Shown here piece by piece: positions 47,168-55,717 of a stretch of 64,000 bases of DNA. The number at the start of each line of letters is the position of its first letter. The first letter of the stretch is position 1. This DNA comes from a virus (lineage: Duplodnaviria; Caudoviricetes), in IMG/VR virus record IMGVR_UViG_3300042307_000844; one strand, given 5' to 3'. The translations under genes and the position numbers were made by a program. The notes under the pieces are model-generated. The model made no database searches. It was not told the origin of the DNA and saw only the letters and a program-made list of their open reading frames with translations.

Positions 47168-47598
47168 TGTTCCAAGAGTTCTGGATTTTCAAATATATTA
47201 CCACACACCACCCAATATGTCCAGTCGCATAAATTTACAAAATTATCATGCAGTGGAGATGGCGATCCATGTAAATTATTGACATTGTTATGGACGAAAC
47301 AACATTCTTTATCATTCCAACCAACCACAATTTTACAAAAAGACCCATTACCCACCCTCTCAAGGATATCCCCATCATAAATCTCTTTGTTGTTTTTGTC
47401 TATCAATCCAGTGAATTGTTGAAGAACGTAATCATCGGAACAATCAACATCTCCACAATGTTTAAAATCTCCACGCAACTTGCCGTTCAATTGTAAATAG
47501 AATTTTTCAGCATATTCTCCATTCATTATCGGAGTCGAAGATGGGTAAAACATCTCTTTATATAGAATATTCCAAATCCTGAATTTTATATCTCTCAT
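47164..47598 (-). CDS. YopX family protein
   Basis: MRDIKFRIW...QQFTGLIDKNNKEIYDGDIL...GNIFENPELL. Confidence 0.9.
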   Translation of the reverse strand: MRDIKFRIWNILYKEMFYPSSTPIMNGEYAEKFYLQLNGKLRGDFKHCGDVDCSDDYVLQQFTGLIDKNNKEIYDGDILERVGNGSFCKIVVGWNDKECCFVHNNVNNLHGSPSPLHDNFVNLCDWTYWVVCGNIFENPELLEQ

Positions 47599-47882
47599 TT
47601 CTTTTTAACTTTTTTCTGCTCGGAACGAACATACTTGGTGACAAATTTACTCTTCGAAATTGTGCTGTCTTGATCCAAAAACACCTTAACAAGCTCCTGA
47701 TCAGAGTCAAGGGACAATATCGTTTTCAGGATCGTTTTCAGCTTCTCCTCTTGGAGAGTTGTCACGAAAACGTTCTGGATGGATAATTTCTTACCTTTGA
47801 TGTTATTTACGAAAGTGCAATAACAGAGAAATAAGTGGTTCTGTTCATTTTCTATTATATTTGAGGAGGGGTCGTATATCAT
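47595..47882 (-). CDS. Hypothetical protein
   Basis: 95 aa; HLFLCYCTFVNNI. Confidence 0.6.
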   Translation of the reverse strand: MIYDPSSNIIENEQNHLFLCYCTFVNNIKGKKLSIQNVFVTTLQEEKLKTILKTILSLDSDQELVKVFLDQDSTISKSKFVTKYVRSEQKKVKKK

Positions 47883-47884
47883 AA

Positions 47885-47932
47885 TTAAATTGCGTGGGGT
47901 TGTTCGATAGATGAATCAAATAGGCGTTTCAT
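47885..47932 (-). CDS. Candidate 15-aa mini-ORF MKRLFDSSIEQPHAI
   Basis: ATG 6 nt after TTGACT-N16-TATAGT; stop 2 nt before the next ATG. Confidence 0.35.
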   Translation of the reverse strand: MKRLFDSSIEQPHAI

Positions 47933-47938
47933 ATATAT

Positions 47939-47966
47939 ACTATAATCTATTTTTCACCGAAGTCAA
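47939..47966 (-). promoter_or_regulatory. Sigma70-like promoter for the 47.9 to 44 kb leftward run
   Basis: TTGACT-N16-TATAGT-N6-ATG. Confidence 0.55.
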
Positions 47967-48004
47967 ATTAAATTACGATATTTCATAAAATATTAAGAAA
48001 AAGA

Positions 48005-48011
48005 CTAAATA
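48005..48011 (+). promoter_or_regulatory. Late promoter box in front of tnpB
   Basis: CTAAATA-ATAAC-ATA, with ATA in frame with tnpB. Confidence 0.6.
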
Positions 48012-48016
48012 ATAAC

Positions 48017-49234
48017 ATAGAAGAGGAAATTACATACCAAGCTTTCAAATTCAGAATCTATCCGTTAGATTCTCAGAAGGAATTACTAGCAAAGCATTTT
48101 GGATGCTCTCGATTTATTTATAATTATTTTCTAAAAGAGAAACAAGATCATTATTTGAATAATGGCAAAACTTTAAATTATAATTATTGTTGTTCTGGTG
48201 TTAAAAAATTAAAAGACTCTGATGAATATTCATGGCTCAAAAAAGTCAATTCACAAACACTACAACAATCTTTAAAAAATCTTGAGACTGCGTATGGCAA
48301 TTTTTTCCGTAAGAAATCTAAATTTCCAAAATTTAAAAAGAAATCAAACCAACAATCATTTGGGGTTTGCCAAGGAGTTAAAATAAAAAATAATAATAAA
48401 TTACAAATTTATAAATTTAAAGAAGGAATACCGATTCATCTCCATCGTAAATTGGAAGGAAAAATCAAATCAGCAACAATTTCCAAAACGCCCACCGATA
48501 AATATTTTGCTTCCATCCTTTGTGAAGTCCCCAAGAAATCTAAACCAAAGACTGGTAAGACTTTGGGTATTGACTTGGGTATTACAGATTTCATAGTAAC
48601 AAGCGATGGGGAGAAAGTAAAAAATCCCAAATTCAATCATTCTTTAAAACAAAAGCTTTCAAAAGCTCAAAAACATTTAAGTAGGAAAACGAAAGGTAGC
48701 AATAGATACAAAAGACAAAGAAAAAAAGTAGCGAGAATCCACGAGAAGATAACCAATTCTCGGAAGGATTTCCAACACAAATTAAGCACTCGTTTGATTA
48801 ACGAGTATGATATGATTTCTTTAGAATCTCTGGCTGTTAAGAACATGATTAAGAATGTAAATCTTTCTTATAGTATTCAAGATAGCTCTTGGAGTTCTTT
48901 TATATCAATGTTGGAATATAAAGCCAAGTGGTATGGTAAGGAGATTAGGAAGATTGATAGATGGTATCCTAGTTCCAAGACCTGCCATAAGTGTGATTAT
49001 ATTATCGATAAGCTACCTTTGTCAGTGAGGCGTTGGATATGTCCCAAGTGTGGTGAGAACCATGACAGGGACATCAACGCCGCAAAAAACATTCATCGTC
49101 AGGGATTGGCGATTACAGATGTGGAGATGGAAGCTCTGGTTGCCAGCAATGGCGACGAAACTACTGTCTGTGAAGCGTCTAAAAAGAAGTCTTATAGACT
49201 AAGACTGAAGCCGCTGGGTCTTGCCCATCGGTAG
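48017..49234 (+). CDS. tnpB: TnpB RNA-guided endonuclease (IS200/IS605 family), 405 aa if started at ATA 48017
   Basis: In-frame N-terminus upstream of the track start: YQAFKFRIYP...KHFGCSRFIYN; RuvC-I GIDLG, RuvC-II SLESL, Zn finger CHKC...CPKCG, RuvC-III DRDINAAKNI. Confidence 0.92.
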   Translation: MEEEITYQAFKFRIYPLDSQKELLAKHFGCSRFIYNYFLKEKQDHYLNNGKTLNYNYCCSGVKKLKDSDEYSWLKKVNSQTLQQSLKNLETAYGNFFRKKSKFPKFKKKSNQQSFGVCQGVKIKNNNKLQIYKFKEGIPIHLHRKLEGKIKSATISKTPTDKYFASILCEVPKKSKPKTGKTLGIDLGITDFIVTSDGEKVKNPKFNHSLKQKLSKAQKHLSRKTKGSNRYKRQRKKVARIHEKITNSRKDFQHKLSTRLINEYDMISLESLAVKNMIKNVNLSYSIQDSSWSSFISMLEYKAKWYGKEIRKIDRWYPSSKTCHKCDYIIDKLPLSVRRWICPKCGENHDRDINAAKNIHRQGLAITDVEMEALVASNGDETTVCEASKKKSYRLRLKPLGLAHR

Positions 49235-49259
49235 TTCACCTTTGAGATGGTTCACGAAG
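49090..49259 (+). ncRNA. Putative TnpB omegaRNA (reRNA) scaffold plus guide
   Basis: Right-end hairpin GAAGCCGCTGGGTCTTGCCCATCGGTAGTTCAC ending at 49239, typical of IS605/IS1341 ends; the downstream flank would be the guide; 5' boundary approximate. Confidence 0.55.
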
Positions 49260-49320
49260 GAACAATAACAAATGAATAAGTGATCGCTCTCGCTTTCTAT
49301 AATTGCAGATGAAGGATTGC

Positions 49321-50010
49321 TCATAATTCTATTGTTTCTATGTGAATATTGTTTTCAAAAAGCGGTTGGAAATGACTCCAATTTTTATGAAATTGATTTA
49401 GACCAGAATTGTCAAATAAACCCACTTGATATCTAATACCTTTCAATGGGAATGTGTCCCTATTGATATTTTGGAACTCAATTGGAGGAGATTTACCATC
49501 AAAACGAATATCGATATTTTCATCATATTGTCTCCGCACCATCTCACATAATTGTCGGTTGGAAGAAAAATGGATAACATTTTTACCGTTGAAAGCTTCC
49601 CAAGCAGCCAGCGTCAACAAGAAAATGGATACACCTTTTCGTCTGGTAAAGGTGAGATAATTATACCCTTCAATATAACCACGAAACATCGTTTTTTGAT
49701 CATAATTGATCGGATATCCATTAAAATTCTCAAAGAACTTATAGAATTCCCCCGTGGGATTAGGATTATTAGGCTTTGGTGTATAGAACTCCCCAAGATA
49801 TACCGATCCTTCATACGGATTATCATTATTCCATGCCAGAAACAGCATATGAGATATCCTTCGCACGTTATCCCAATCCTTTGGTTGTTTTTCCGCTGGA
49901 TAGAATTTCTCAGAGATTTTAGACACTTCGGAGACGAATCGCAATTCCTCCCCCATTACCTTATTGGGGTTGTGTTTCTCGTTGATGTGTTGTATTTCGT
50001 ATAATTTCAT
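49321..50010 (-). CDS. Hypothetical protein with degenerate terminase-like ATPase domain
   Basis: YDQK...TRRKGVS...LAAWEAF...LKG...GLFDN parallel to Q motif / RQxGKT / LRG / hhhDE. Confidence 0.45.
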   Translation of the reverse strand: MKLYEIQHINEKHNPNKVMGEELRFVSEVSKISEKFYPAEKQPKDWDNVRRISHMLFLAWNNDNPYEGSVYLGEFYTPKPNNPNPTGEFYKFFENFNGYPINYDQKTMFRGYIEGYNYLTFTRRKGVSIFLLTLAAWEAFNGKNVIHFSSNRQLCEMVRRQYDENIDIRFDGKSPPIEFQNINRDTFPLKGIRYQVGLFDNSGLNQFHKNWSHFQPLFENNIHIETIEL

Positions 50011-50012
50011 TA

Positions 50013-50495
50013 TTATTCAGGATTTCCAAAGTTAATTTCTCGTTTCTCCCCACAAGCATCAAACCAATGATGATTTTTGGGTTTCAGATATTTATAGAAT
50101 GCTCCTTGAGGGCGCATCTTCCGCTTTCTAGCACAATACAGAAGACAACCATCGTCTCCCGCATCATTCAGAGATTGTTCCAACAGATTCCATTCATCAA
50201 GCTCCTCACAATCACCGCAAGCCCACCAGAAAAAGTCATTGCAATTGATGAAGCACTTCACTTCCCCATCTTTCAATGTGAGATAACGATAATCTTCCAC
50301 TTTCTCCAGTAGAGTTCTCTGATTATCTTCCAGAGAGTAGAACCATTTTTCAAATGCTATGGTATTGTCTATGATTTTTGACAGACAAGCGTTCCACCCC
50401 TCTTGCCATTCGGTTCTTTCGGTAATAATCCCATCCTTTGTGGTTGATTTGGGATATCCGCCGATGCTATCCAGTGCTGTTTCGTAAAAGTTCAT
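50013..50495 (-). CDS. Conserved phage hypothetical protein
   Basis: NCNDFFWWACGDCEE...LYCARKRKMRPQGAFY. Confidence 0.65.
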   Translation of the reverse strand: MNFYETALDSIGGYPKSTTKDGIITERTEWQEGWNACLSKIIDNTIAFEKWFYSLEDNQRTLLEKVEDYRYLTLKDGEVKCFINCNDFFWWACGDCEELDEWNLLEQSLNDAGDDGCLLYCARKRKMRPQGAFYKYLKPKNHHWFDACGEKREINFGNPE

Positions 50496-51352
50496 ATTTC
50501 AGTTAAGGTTTCACTAAATTTCAAAAATTCCTTGGTGATTTTGCCTCCCGATGCCCATTCGCCCCCACCACCATCACAAAGAGTAGCAGCCATTTTAGCA
50601 ATGTCAACCTCCGACCCCTTGTATCTCCTAAAAGAAATGAATTGTGTATCCGCATTCATCACGATAACCACATCTCCATGATAAGAATCCATAATAGCAC
50701 CCGCTATTTCATTTACGGAGAACTTGGATATGGTCGAAATAACCTTGAATTCCTCCCATTCACCAAAATATAGAGTGATTTCTTCCAATTCCTTTTCCAA
50801 TTCTTTAAAAAATCCATCTGCCAATTTGACTTCTGATGCCGTGAACCCATCAAAACCGTTCCAGAACCTATTTACAAAATTAATGAAACGGTTTCCACCG
50901 GATTTCCTATACAATGCATTCAAATACTTGGTTTCTTCGTGTTTTAGATCATAAGAATTATAATCATCCACATAAAGGAAGAATTTCTTCAAATTCTTGG
51001 TAAATTCCACCTTTTCTTTGAATTTTTTATATAACATCTTGGTGCAAGATGAGCATTCTTCCTGAATCATGGTGGAATCCCACGTTTTGAAGTCTTCAGG
51101 ACGGTCTGAAACGAACACCACACGATGGTCATCAATCTTTTTGATAAGATTTTGATCTAGAACCATGCCGACGATGAAGATTTTATCATAGTCCTCTGCG
51201 TTTTCCTTAGCCCATGGTAGGTATTGCTCTTCAAATTTGCCGAAGAAGCAGTGACGATACTCAAAATTTTTGAAAATGTTCCCCAATAGAATTGTTGATC
51301 CAATTCCATCCAAATCAGAGTTGACCCAAGCAAAAACACGCGACATATTCAT
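50492..51352 (-). CDS. DHH/DHHA1-fold protein, catalytic motifs degenerate
   Basis: SDLDGIGS motif 1 and C-terminal SFR...CDGGGGEWASG (GGGHxxAxG); DHH position reads SDRP. Confidence 0.65.
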   Translation of the reverse strand: MNMSRVFAWVNSDLDGIGSTILLGNIFKNFEYRHCFFGKFEEQYLPWAKENAEDYDKIFIVGMVLDQNLIKKIDDHRVVFVSDRPEDFKTWDSTMIQEECSSCTKMLYKKFKEKVEFTKNLKKFFLYVDDYNSYDLKHEETKYLNALYRKSGGNRFINFVNRFWNGFDGFTASEVKLADGFFKELEKELEEITLYFGEWEEFKVISTISKFSVNEIAGAIMDSYHGDVVIVMNADTQFISFRRYKGSEVDIAKMAATLCDGGGGEWASGGKITKEFLKFSETLTEI

Positions 51353-51375
51353 AATTAATAATTTTTATGGGTTTG

Positions 51376-52698
51376 TCAAGACGACAATTTTTGCAGCAAG
51401 TCCAATTCATCATCATCCATAATTTCTTCCTCGTCGTCCTCCGATTGGTAAATGGAGAGCGTGGAGTAATCAATTCTCATGGCTTGAACCATACCACGAG
51501 GACCAAATCTATTTTTCATCATTCCCAATCGAATCACTGCCATTTCTTGGTCTTCTTCGTTCTGGAAGATGGAAACGATACAGTCCGCAGTCATAACAAT
51601 TGCCAAGGACTCCGCAATTCCCGACATATCGGGGTTATTTTGACCCACGGCAGACCTATTCAATTGGGCAGCACTGATAAATGGGCATTTGAACACGTAA
51701 GATAGGGCGCGGACTTGCTCACAAATCTTCTTACCCTGTTCATAACTATTACTACCCGCAGCAGTAAGCAAAGTAAGGTAATCTACCACCACAGCATCGA
51801 TTCTGACACCAGAATCCTTCATTTTCTTGATGAAAGCTCCCAATTGCTTTGGTGTAATCGTGGATGGGGGGAATTCCTTAATATAAATCCTACCATCGGT
51901 GTTCTTATGCTCCTCTTCCAGAGCATGACGGAGCGTGGGAATACAATTGCGGAACTCCTTCATGGGAATCTTTGTCACATTGGACGCGATTCTCTTGGCA
52001 TAGAGCGTTTCGCTCATCTCCAGAGTCACCACAAGCACATGCTTACCCTGTGATGCCATGTTTGCTGCCACATTACCAAGGAAGATACTCTTACCAATGT
52101 TGGATTGTCCCGCGAATACATACAGAGCCTTACCAGCTTCCGTGAAACCACCATCCAAAGCTTGATCCAACCATTGCCATTTGGAAGAGATCATAGTCTC
52201 ATCACTCAAAATGTCCTCAATGATCTTCTCCGTATCCCCATAAAGCTCAATACCCGTATCAACATTGAGATTGATACCCGCAATCTTTTCAAATTTCTCA
52301 ACAATCTTGGAAGTATCCACTTCTCCTTCCGATATTTCTTCCGCTGACTCCAAAATGGAATGATACATCCCCCGTTCCTTGAGAAATCTTTCCGTATTCT
52401 CCCACAATTCATCTTCATTGTGATTGGAATCTATCTCTTTAAAGGACTCGATTAACTTCTTAAAGTTGGTCTTGAGTTCATCTGTAGTGAGGTAGGTCTT
52501 AACTTCTGAAAATGTGGGGAGAGATTGTCGCTTATCATAGAAATCCGCGACAATATCAAAATATTTCGCAATATTCTTATCCGTGAAATATTTTGGCTGG
52601 ACGTAATCTGCGATGGAAGCTAGGTAAGCTCCATTCGTGATCGCGTTCTTTACCAGAACCTTTTCAAAATAATCAAAATCAATTTCACTCATTACCAA
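51376..52698 (-). CDS. gp41: Replicative DNA helicase (T4 gp41, DnaB-like)
   Basis: AGQSNIGKS; VTLEMSE; IKEFPP; VVVDYL; SAAQLNR; MKNRFG. Confidence 0.95.
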   Translation of the reverse strand: MVMSEIDFDYFEKVLVKNAITNGAYLASIADYVQPKYFTDKNIAKYFDIVADFYDKRQSLPTFSEVKTYLTTDELKTNFKKLIESFKEIDSNHNEDELWENTERFLKERGMYHSILESAEEISEGEVDTSKIVEKFEKIAGINLNVDTGIELYGDTEKIIEDILSDETMISSKWQWLDQALDGGFTEAGKALYVFAGQSNIGKSIFLGNVAANMASQGKHVLVVTLEMSETLYAKRIASNVTKIPMKEFRNCIPTLRHALEEEHKNTDGRIYIKEFPPSTITPKQLGAFIKKMKDSGVRIDAVVVDYLTLLTAAGSNSYEQGKKICEQVRALSYVFKCPFISAAQLNRSAVGQNNPDMSGIAESLAIVMTADCIVSIFQNEEDQEMAVIRLGMMKNRFGPRGMVQAMRIDYSTLSIYQSEDDEEEIMDDDELDLLQKLSS

Positions 52699-52988
52699 TT
52701 TTCAAAATTATTATAAAAATCCCACCTTTGTTTAGCACGTTTTGGTAAACAATTAGAGCAATATGTAACATTGCGTCGTCCATCTTTGATGTAAGGTTTC
52801 GGTAACTGTTCGTTTGATAGTGTTACTGAAAAATCTGCCCTCCCACCACATCGCACACAATCCCAATATAGTCTAGCTATTCCCATGATATCACCAATAT
52901 CTGTGATATCAACATTTACCTTTTCCTTCATTTTGGTATTTGTATATAAATCTACTAACTGATCAATTTTTTCTTCTATTTCACTCAT
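52692..52988 (-). CDS. Small Zn-binding hypothetical protein
   Basis: CVRCG...YCSNC. Confidence 0.55.
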   Translation of the reverse strand: MSEIEEKIDQLVDLYTNTKMKEKVNVDITDIGDIMGIARLYWDCVRCGGRADFSVTLSNEQLPKPYIKDGRRNVTYCSNCLPKRAKQRWDFYNNFENW

Positions 52989-53181
52989 ATTTTTTCATTT
53001 TTTTGGTTCTGTTAGGGTTTTCAACAGGCATTAGAAATCCACACTCATCACACTTCCTCACATAATCCCACCTATAATTAAGTTGAGGTAAGCGCACGGA
53101 ATGGACTTCCCCAAAAGTTCCGTTACACCATTTAGTCGCGCCGTTACCTTCAACTGTTCGCATGTCTGGATGCCCGTTCAT
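52981..53181 (-). CDS. Small hypothetical protein
   Basis: 66 aa, CDECG. Confidence 0.5.
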   Translation of the reverse strand: MNGHPDMRTVEGNGATKWCNGTFGEVHSVRLPQLNYRWDYVRKCDECGFLMPVENPNRTKKMKKYE

Positions 53182-53189
53182 CTCTGTTT

Positions 53190-53666
53190 CTACCCATCAT
53201 TATGTGTTAATACCACCCACTTATCCCCATCCTTGATGATACCACATTTTTCTGTCTGTCCTTTGAATTTACCATCCACCATCAACCAATTACATTTCAC
53301 ACCCGCCGAATAAGCAAGCGCAAATCTTTCATCCTCCGTCAAATCTTCCGCTTTTTGCTTGGTTGATACTGATTTAAGATTATCGGAAATCCAATTATTA
53401 TAAATATTCAACGTGTTTTGAAAGTCATTCTCATTATCCAACTGCCATTTTTTACAAAAATCTGGTGCGTCAGCGGAGAATTGAACTCCGATACCCGCCT
53501 TAATAGGGAACCTATTCCTTTCGGACTCCGTGATGTTCTCATCACTCGTTTCGCGCTCTACCATTGAGCTACTGACACTTTGTTCATCAAACATATTGTA
53601 AAAATGGTCATTGTCCTTGACATACATCATCTCATAGTGTTCATTAAATTTAATTTTATTTTCCAT
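53190..53666 (-). CDS. Hypothetical protein
   Basis: 158-aa ORF. Confidence 0.6.
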   Translation of the reverse strand: MENKIKFNEHYEMMYVKDNDHFYNMFDEQSVSSSMVERETSDENITESERNRFPIKAGIGVQFSADAPDFCKKWQLDNENDFQNTLNIYNNWISDNLKSVSTKQKAEDLTEDERFALAYSAGVKCNWLMVDGKFKGQTEKCGIIKDGDKWVVLTHNDG

Positions 53667-53835
53667 ATTTTTCTAATTCTTTTCTCTTACAAGCATGATG
53701 ATAACTCTCAAATGTTTCATACGACACATCTGAATCAGGCGTGACCATAATGTGTGTAGCTAACCCCAATTCTAATGAATCGTATGACATGAAACGCCCA
53801 CAGATATCACATTTAATCGAATTTTTATTTTCCAT
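53656..53835 (-). CDS. Small Zn-finger-like protein (59 aa, MENKNSIKCDICGRF...HHAC)
   Basis: Manual translation; fills the gap and overlaps both neighbours by 11 nt. Confidence 0.55.
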   Translation of the reverse strand: MENKNSIKCDICGRFMSYDSLELGLATHIMVTPDSDVSYETFESYHHACKRKELEKYGK

Positions 53836-54505
53836 ATGTCTGAATATAATATGACTCCCCAGCTTTCCAATCCTCTGTAAATTCTCTCAGACCGGGAGAC
53901 TCGTGAGTTATCATAACATCCCCCACCCCGATTTTCAAGCCCTTTTCTAAAATTGATGCGATCATGCAAAGGTCATAAAAATGGAACTTCGATGGACAAT
54001 CCTCATCAAATCGCACTTTCTCAATCGCTTTCCGATTAAATGCCATGAAAACACCATCAATCATCACTACCCTTTGGGGATAGGAACCAAAGCTGGTCAT
54101 GTATTTCTTATCAGCGTTCCCATGAGCTACTGCACCATGTAGATTACCACCTTCCCACCCACCACCCATGATGTGCCAGAGCGCGGGAGACTTGATTTCG
54201 GCTTGAGAACATCCTGCAACACCGACAATATCAAATTCCTGAAATAGTTTCTCCAGCTTTGGACGGGGATCGTGTTCCAGATGGACATCATCGTGGATGA
54301 ACATGACGTATTCAAAGTTCTCTTTGATGGCTAGGTCTAGAAATTCGTTGTAAACCTTGGCAAGTCCTTGGCGATTGTTGAATTTTGGGTGTATGAATTC
54401 ATCCAGATTCAATTCCAATGCTGTTTGGGCTAAGGGAAAGTGCCAATTATTGCCTTTGGTTGCCGTGAAAATGGCGATATTGGATGATACATTAGGATTT
54501 TCCAT
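53825..54505 (-). CDS. Glycosyltransferase (GT2-like, Glyco_tranf_2_5 type)
   Basis: GLAKVYN; MFIHDDV; DIVGVAG; VMIDGVFMA; FHFYDL; HESPG. Confidence 0.8.
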   Translation of the reverse strand: MENPNVSSNIAIFTATKGNNWHFPLAQTALELNLDEFIHPKFNNRQGLAKVYNEFLDLAIKENFEYVMFIHDDVHLEHDPRPKLEKLFQEFDIVGVAGCSQAEIKSPALWHIMGGGWEGGNLHGAVAHGNADKKYMTSFGSYPQRVVMIDGVFMAFNRKAIEKVRFDEDCPSKFHFYDLCMIASILEKGLKIGVGDVMITHESPGLREFTEDWKAGESYYIQTYGK

Positions 54506-54523
54506 GAATTACCTTAACATGTC

Positions 54524-55255
54524 TTATCGGGAAGTCAACTTTGTTCTCCCACCTCTAAGCATGTTACTAGGTTCGTAATCCTTGGATGTCATGGCGGCAG
54601 TCAAAGGATTATCACTATTCTCATCCCCTGTCCAGACCGGATCAACCCAAACATATTGACCATCATCTCGCATCATCACATTATCTCCATGCAAATCAGG
54701 ATTTAAATCAGGCAAATCCCTACGGAGCAGATACCATCCTTCCAGCAGATTATAAACAGCTTTTGGTAAAGATTTGACTTTTGAAGATAGCTTCATGAAT
54801 TGCGTTCTATCTTGTATTAATTTTGGATTTTCTTTCAAATGGAAATATAGCATCAAATTATTATCTATTAACCCCAACACATTAACAGGTGTTGGTTTAA
54901 GTCTTTCAATTCTCGCTAAATATTGCTTTGCTTCGTCCTTGTATCGTGTGAATTGCGGGACTACTCTTTGTGGTTTGCCGAAGAATTTGGGGAAGGATGG
55001 GTGAGGATTATCGTGAGCATATCTAGCGAATTTTAAGTAAGGATCATCCCAAGAGAAAACTTTTAGAACATACGGCCACTTGGGATGGGAATACACGATA
55101 CCAAACGAACCGGAACCGATGACCTCCCCCCCTGATGCCTCAAATTCTGCAATAAGTTCATCATAGTCCTTATCTGAATTTTCAGGATTTAACATGAATT
55201 CGGTGACAGTATCAAACGCTTCTTTGATTAGGTAAAACTCTGAAAAGGAAATCAT
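54524..55255 (-). CDS. Protein kinase-like (ePK/APH fold) protein with head-protein-type N-terminus
   Basis: IGSGSFGIVY, YVLKVF, DLHGDNVM, VWVDP; MISFSEFYLIKE; CTAAATA 5 nt upstream. Confidence 0.75.
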   Translation of the reverse strand: MISFSEFYLIKEAFDTVTEFMLNPENSDKDYDELIAEFEASGGEVIGSGSFGIVYSHPKWPYVLKVFSWDDPYLKFARYAHDNPHPSFPKFFGKPQRVVPQFTRYKDEAKQYLARIERLKPTPVNVLGLIDNNLMLYFHLKENPKLIQDRTQFMKLSSKVKSLPKAVYNLLEGWYLLRRDLPDLNPDLHGDNVMMRDDGQYVWVDPVWTGDENSDNPLTAAMTSKDYEPSNMLRGGRTKLTSR

Positions 55256-55260
55256 GATAT

Positions 55261-55274
55261 TATTTAGTTAAATA
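55261..55274. promoter_or_regulatory. Back-to-back late promoter boxes (kinase / head-internal-like gene)
   Basis: Minus CTAAATA-ATATC-ATG; plus TTAAATA-TCAAT-ATG. Confidence 0.75.
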
Positions 55275-55279
55275 TCAAT

Positions 55280-55705
55280 ATGCTGGAAGATTTGCAACAA
55301 TTATACGAGGAGATTTTAGAAGAAGGTCGTGTATCAAAACACCAATTTTCAGAAATGACGCTTAAAGAAGCGTATCAAATTTGTTATAATGTTTTCAAAC
55401 AATTGGGAGAATCCACTGCTGCAACTTTTAATGTGATGAATTACATCTATCAAAATTTGCCAAATTCGATCAAAACACCAGAAGTTGAAGAAGAAAAAAG
55501 AAAAAATTTCGGAGCATATTTAAGACCGTTTGTGATTGATCTTGTCAACAATAATATAAAAAATATTGATATCGACGAATTAAAAATGAAAATGGTAGAT
55601 AAACAAATGATACGAGATTATATTAATCGCCCTCCAACTGGTAGTAGAAGAAAGGGGATAGTCAATCAAATGAATAGACCCCAAAATAAACAATTACCTA
55701 TTTAA
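55280..55705 (+). CDS. Hypothetical protein, probable head-internal
   Basis: MLEDLQQLYEEILEE; TTAAATA 5 nt upstream. Confidence 0.65.
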   Translation: MLEDLQQLYEEILEEGRVSKHQFSEMTLKEAYQICYNVFKQLGESTAATFNVMNYIYQNLPNSIKTPEVEEEKRKNFGAYLRPFVIDLVNNNIKNIDIDELKMKMVDKQMIRDYINRPPTGSRRKGIVNQMNRPQNKQLPI

Positions 55706-55712
55706 CTAAATA
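55706..55712 (+). promoter_or_regulatory. Late promoter box
   Basis: CTAAATA-TAATT-ATG. Confidence 0.7.
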
Positions 55713-55717
55713 TAATT

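Larger units (their letters stand above)
48005..49239 (+). mobile_element. IS1341-type (tnpB-only) element; left end not identifiable
   Basis: tnpB plus right-end hairpin and TCAC; no tnpA anywhere in the window. Confidence 0.6.
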
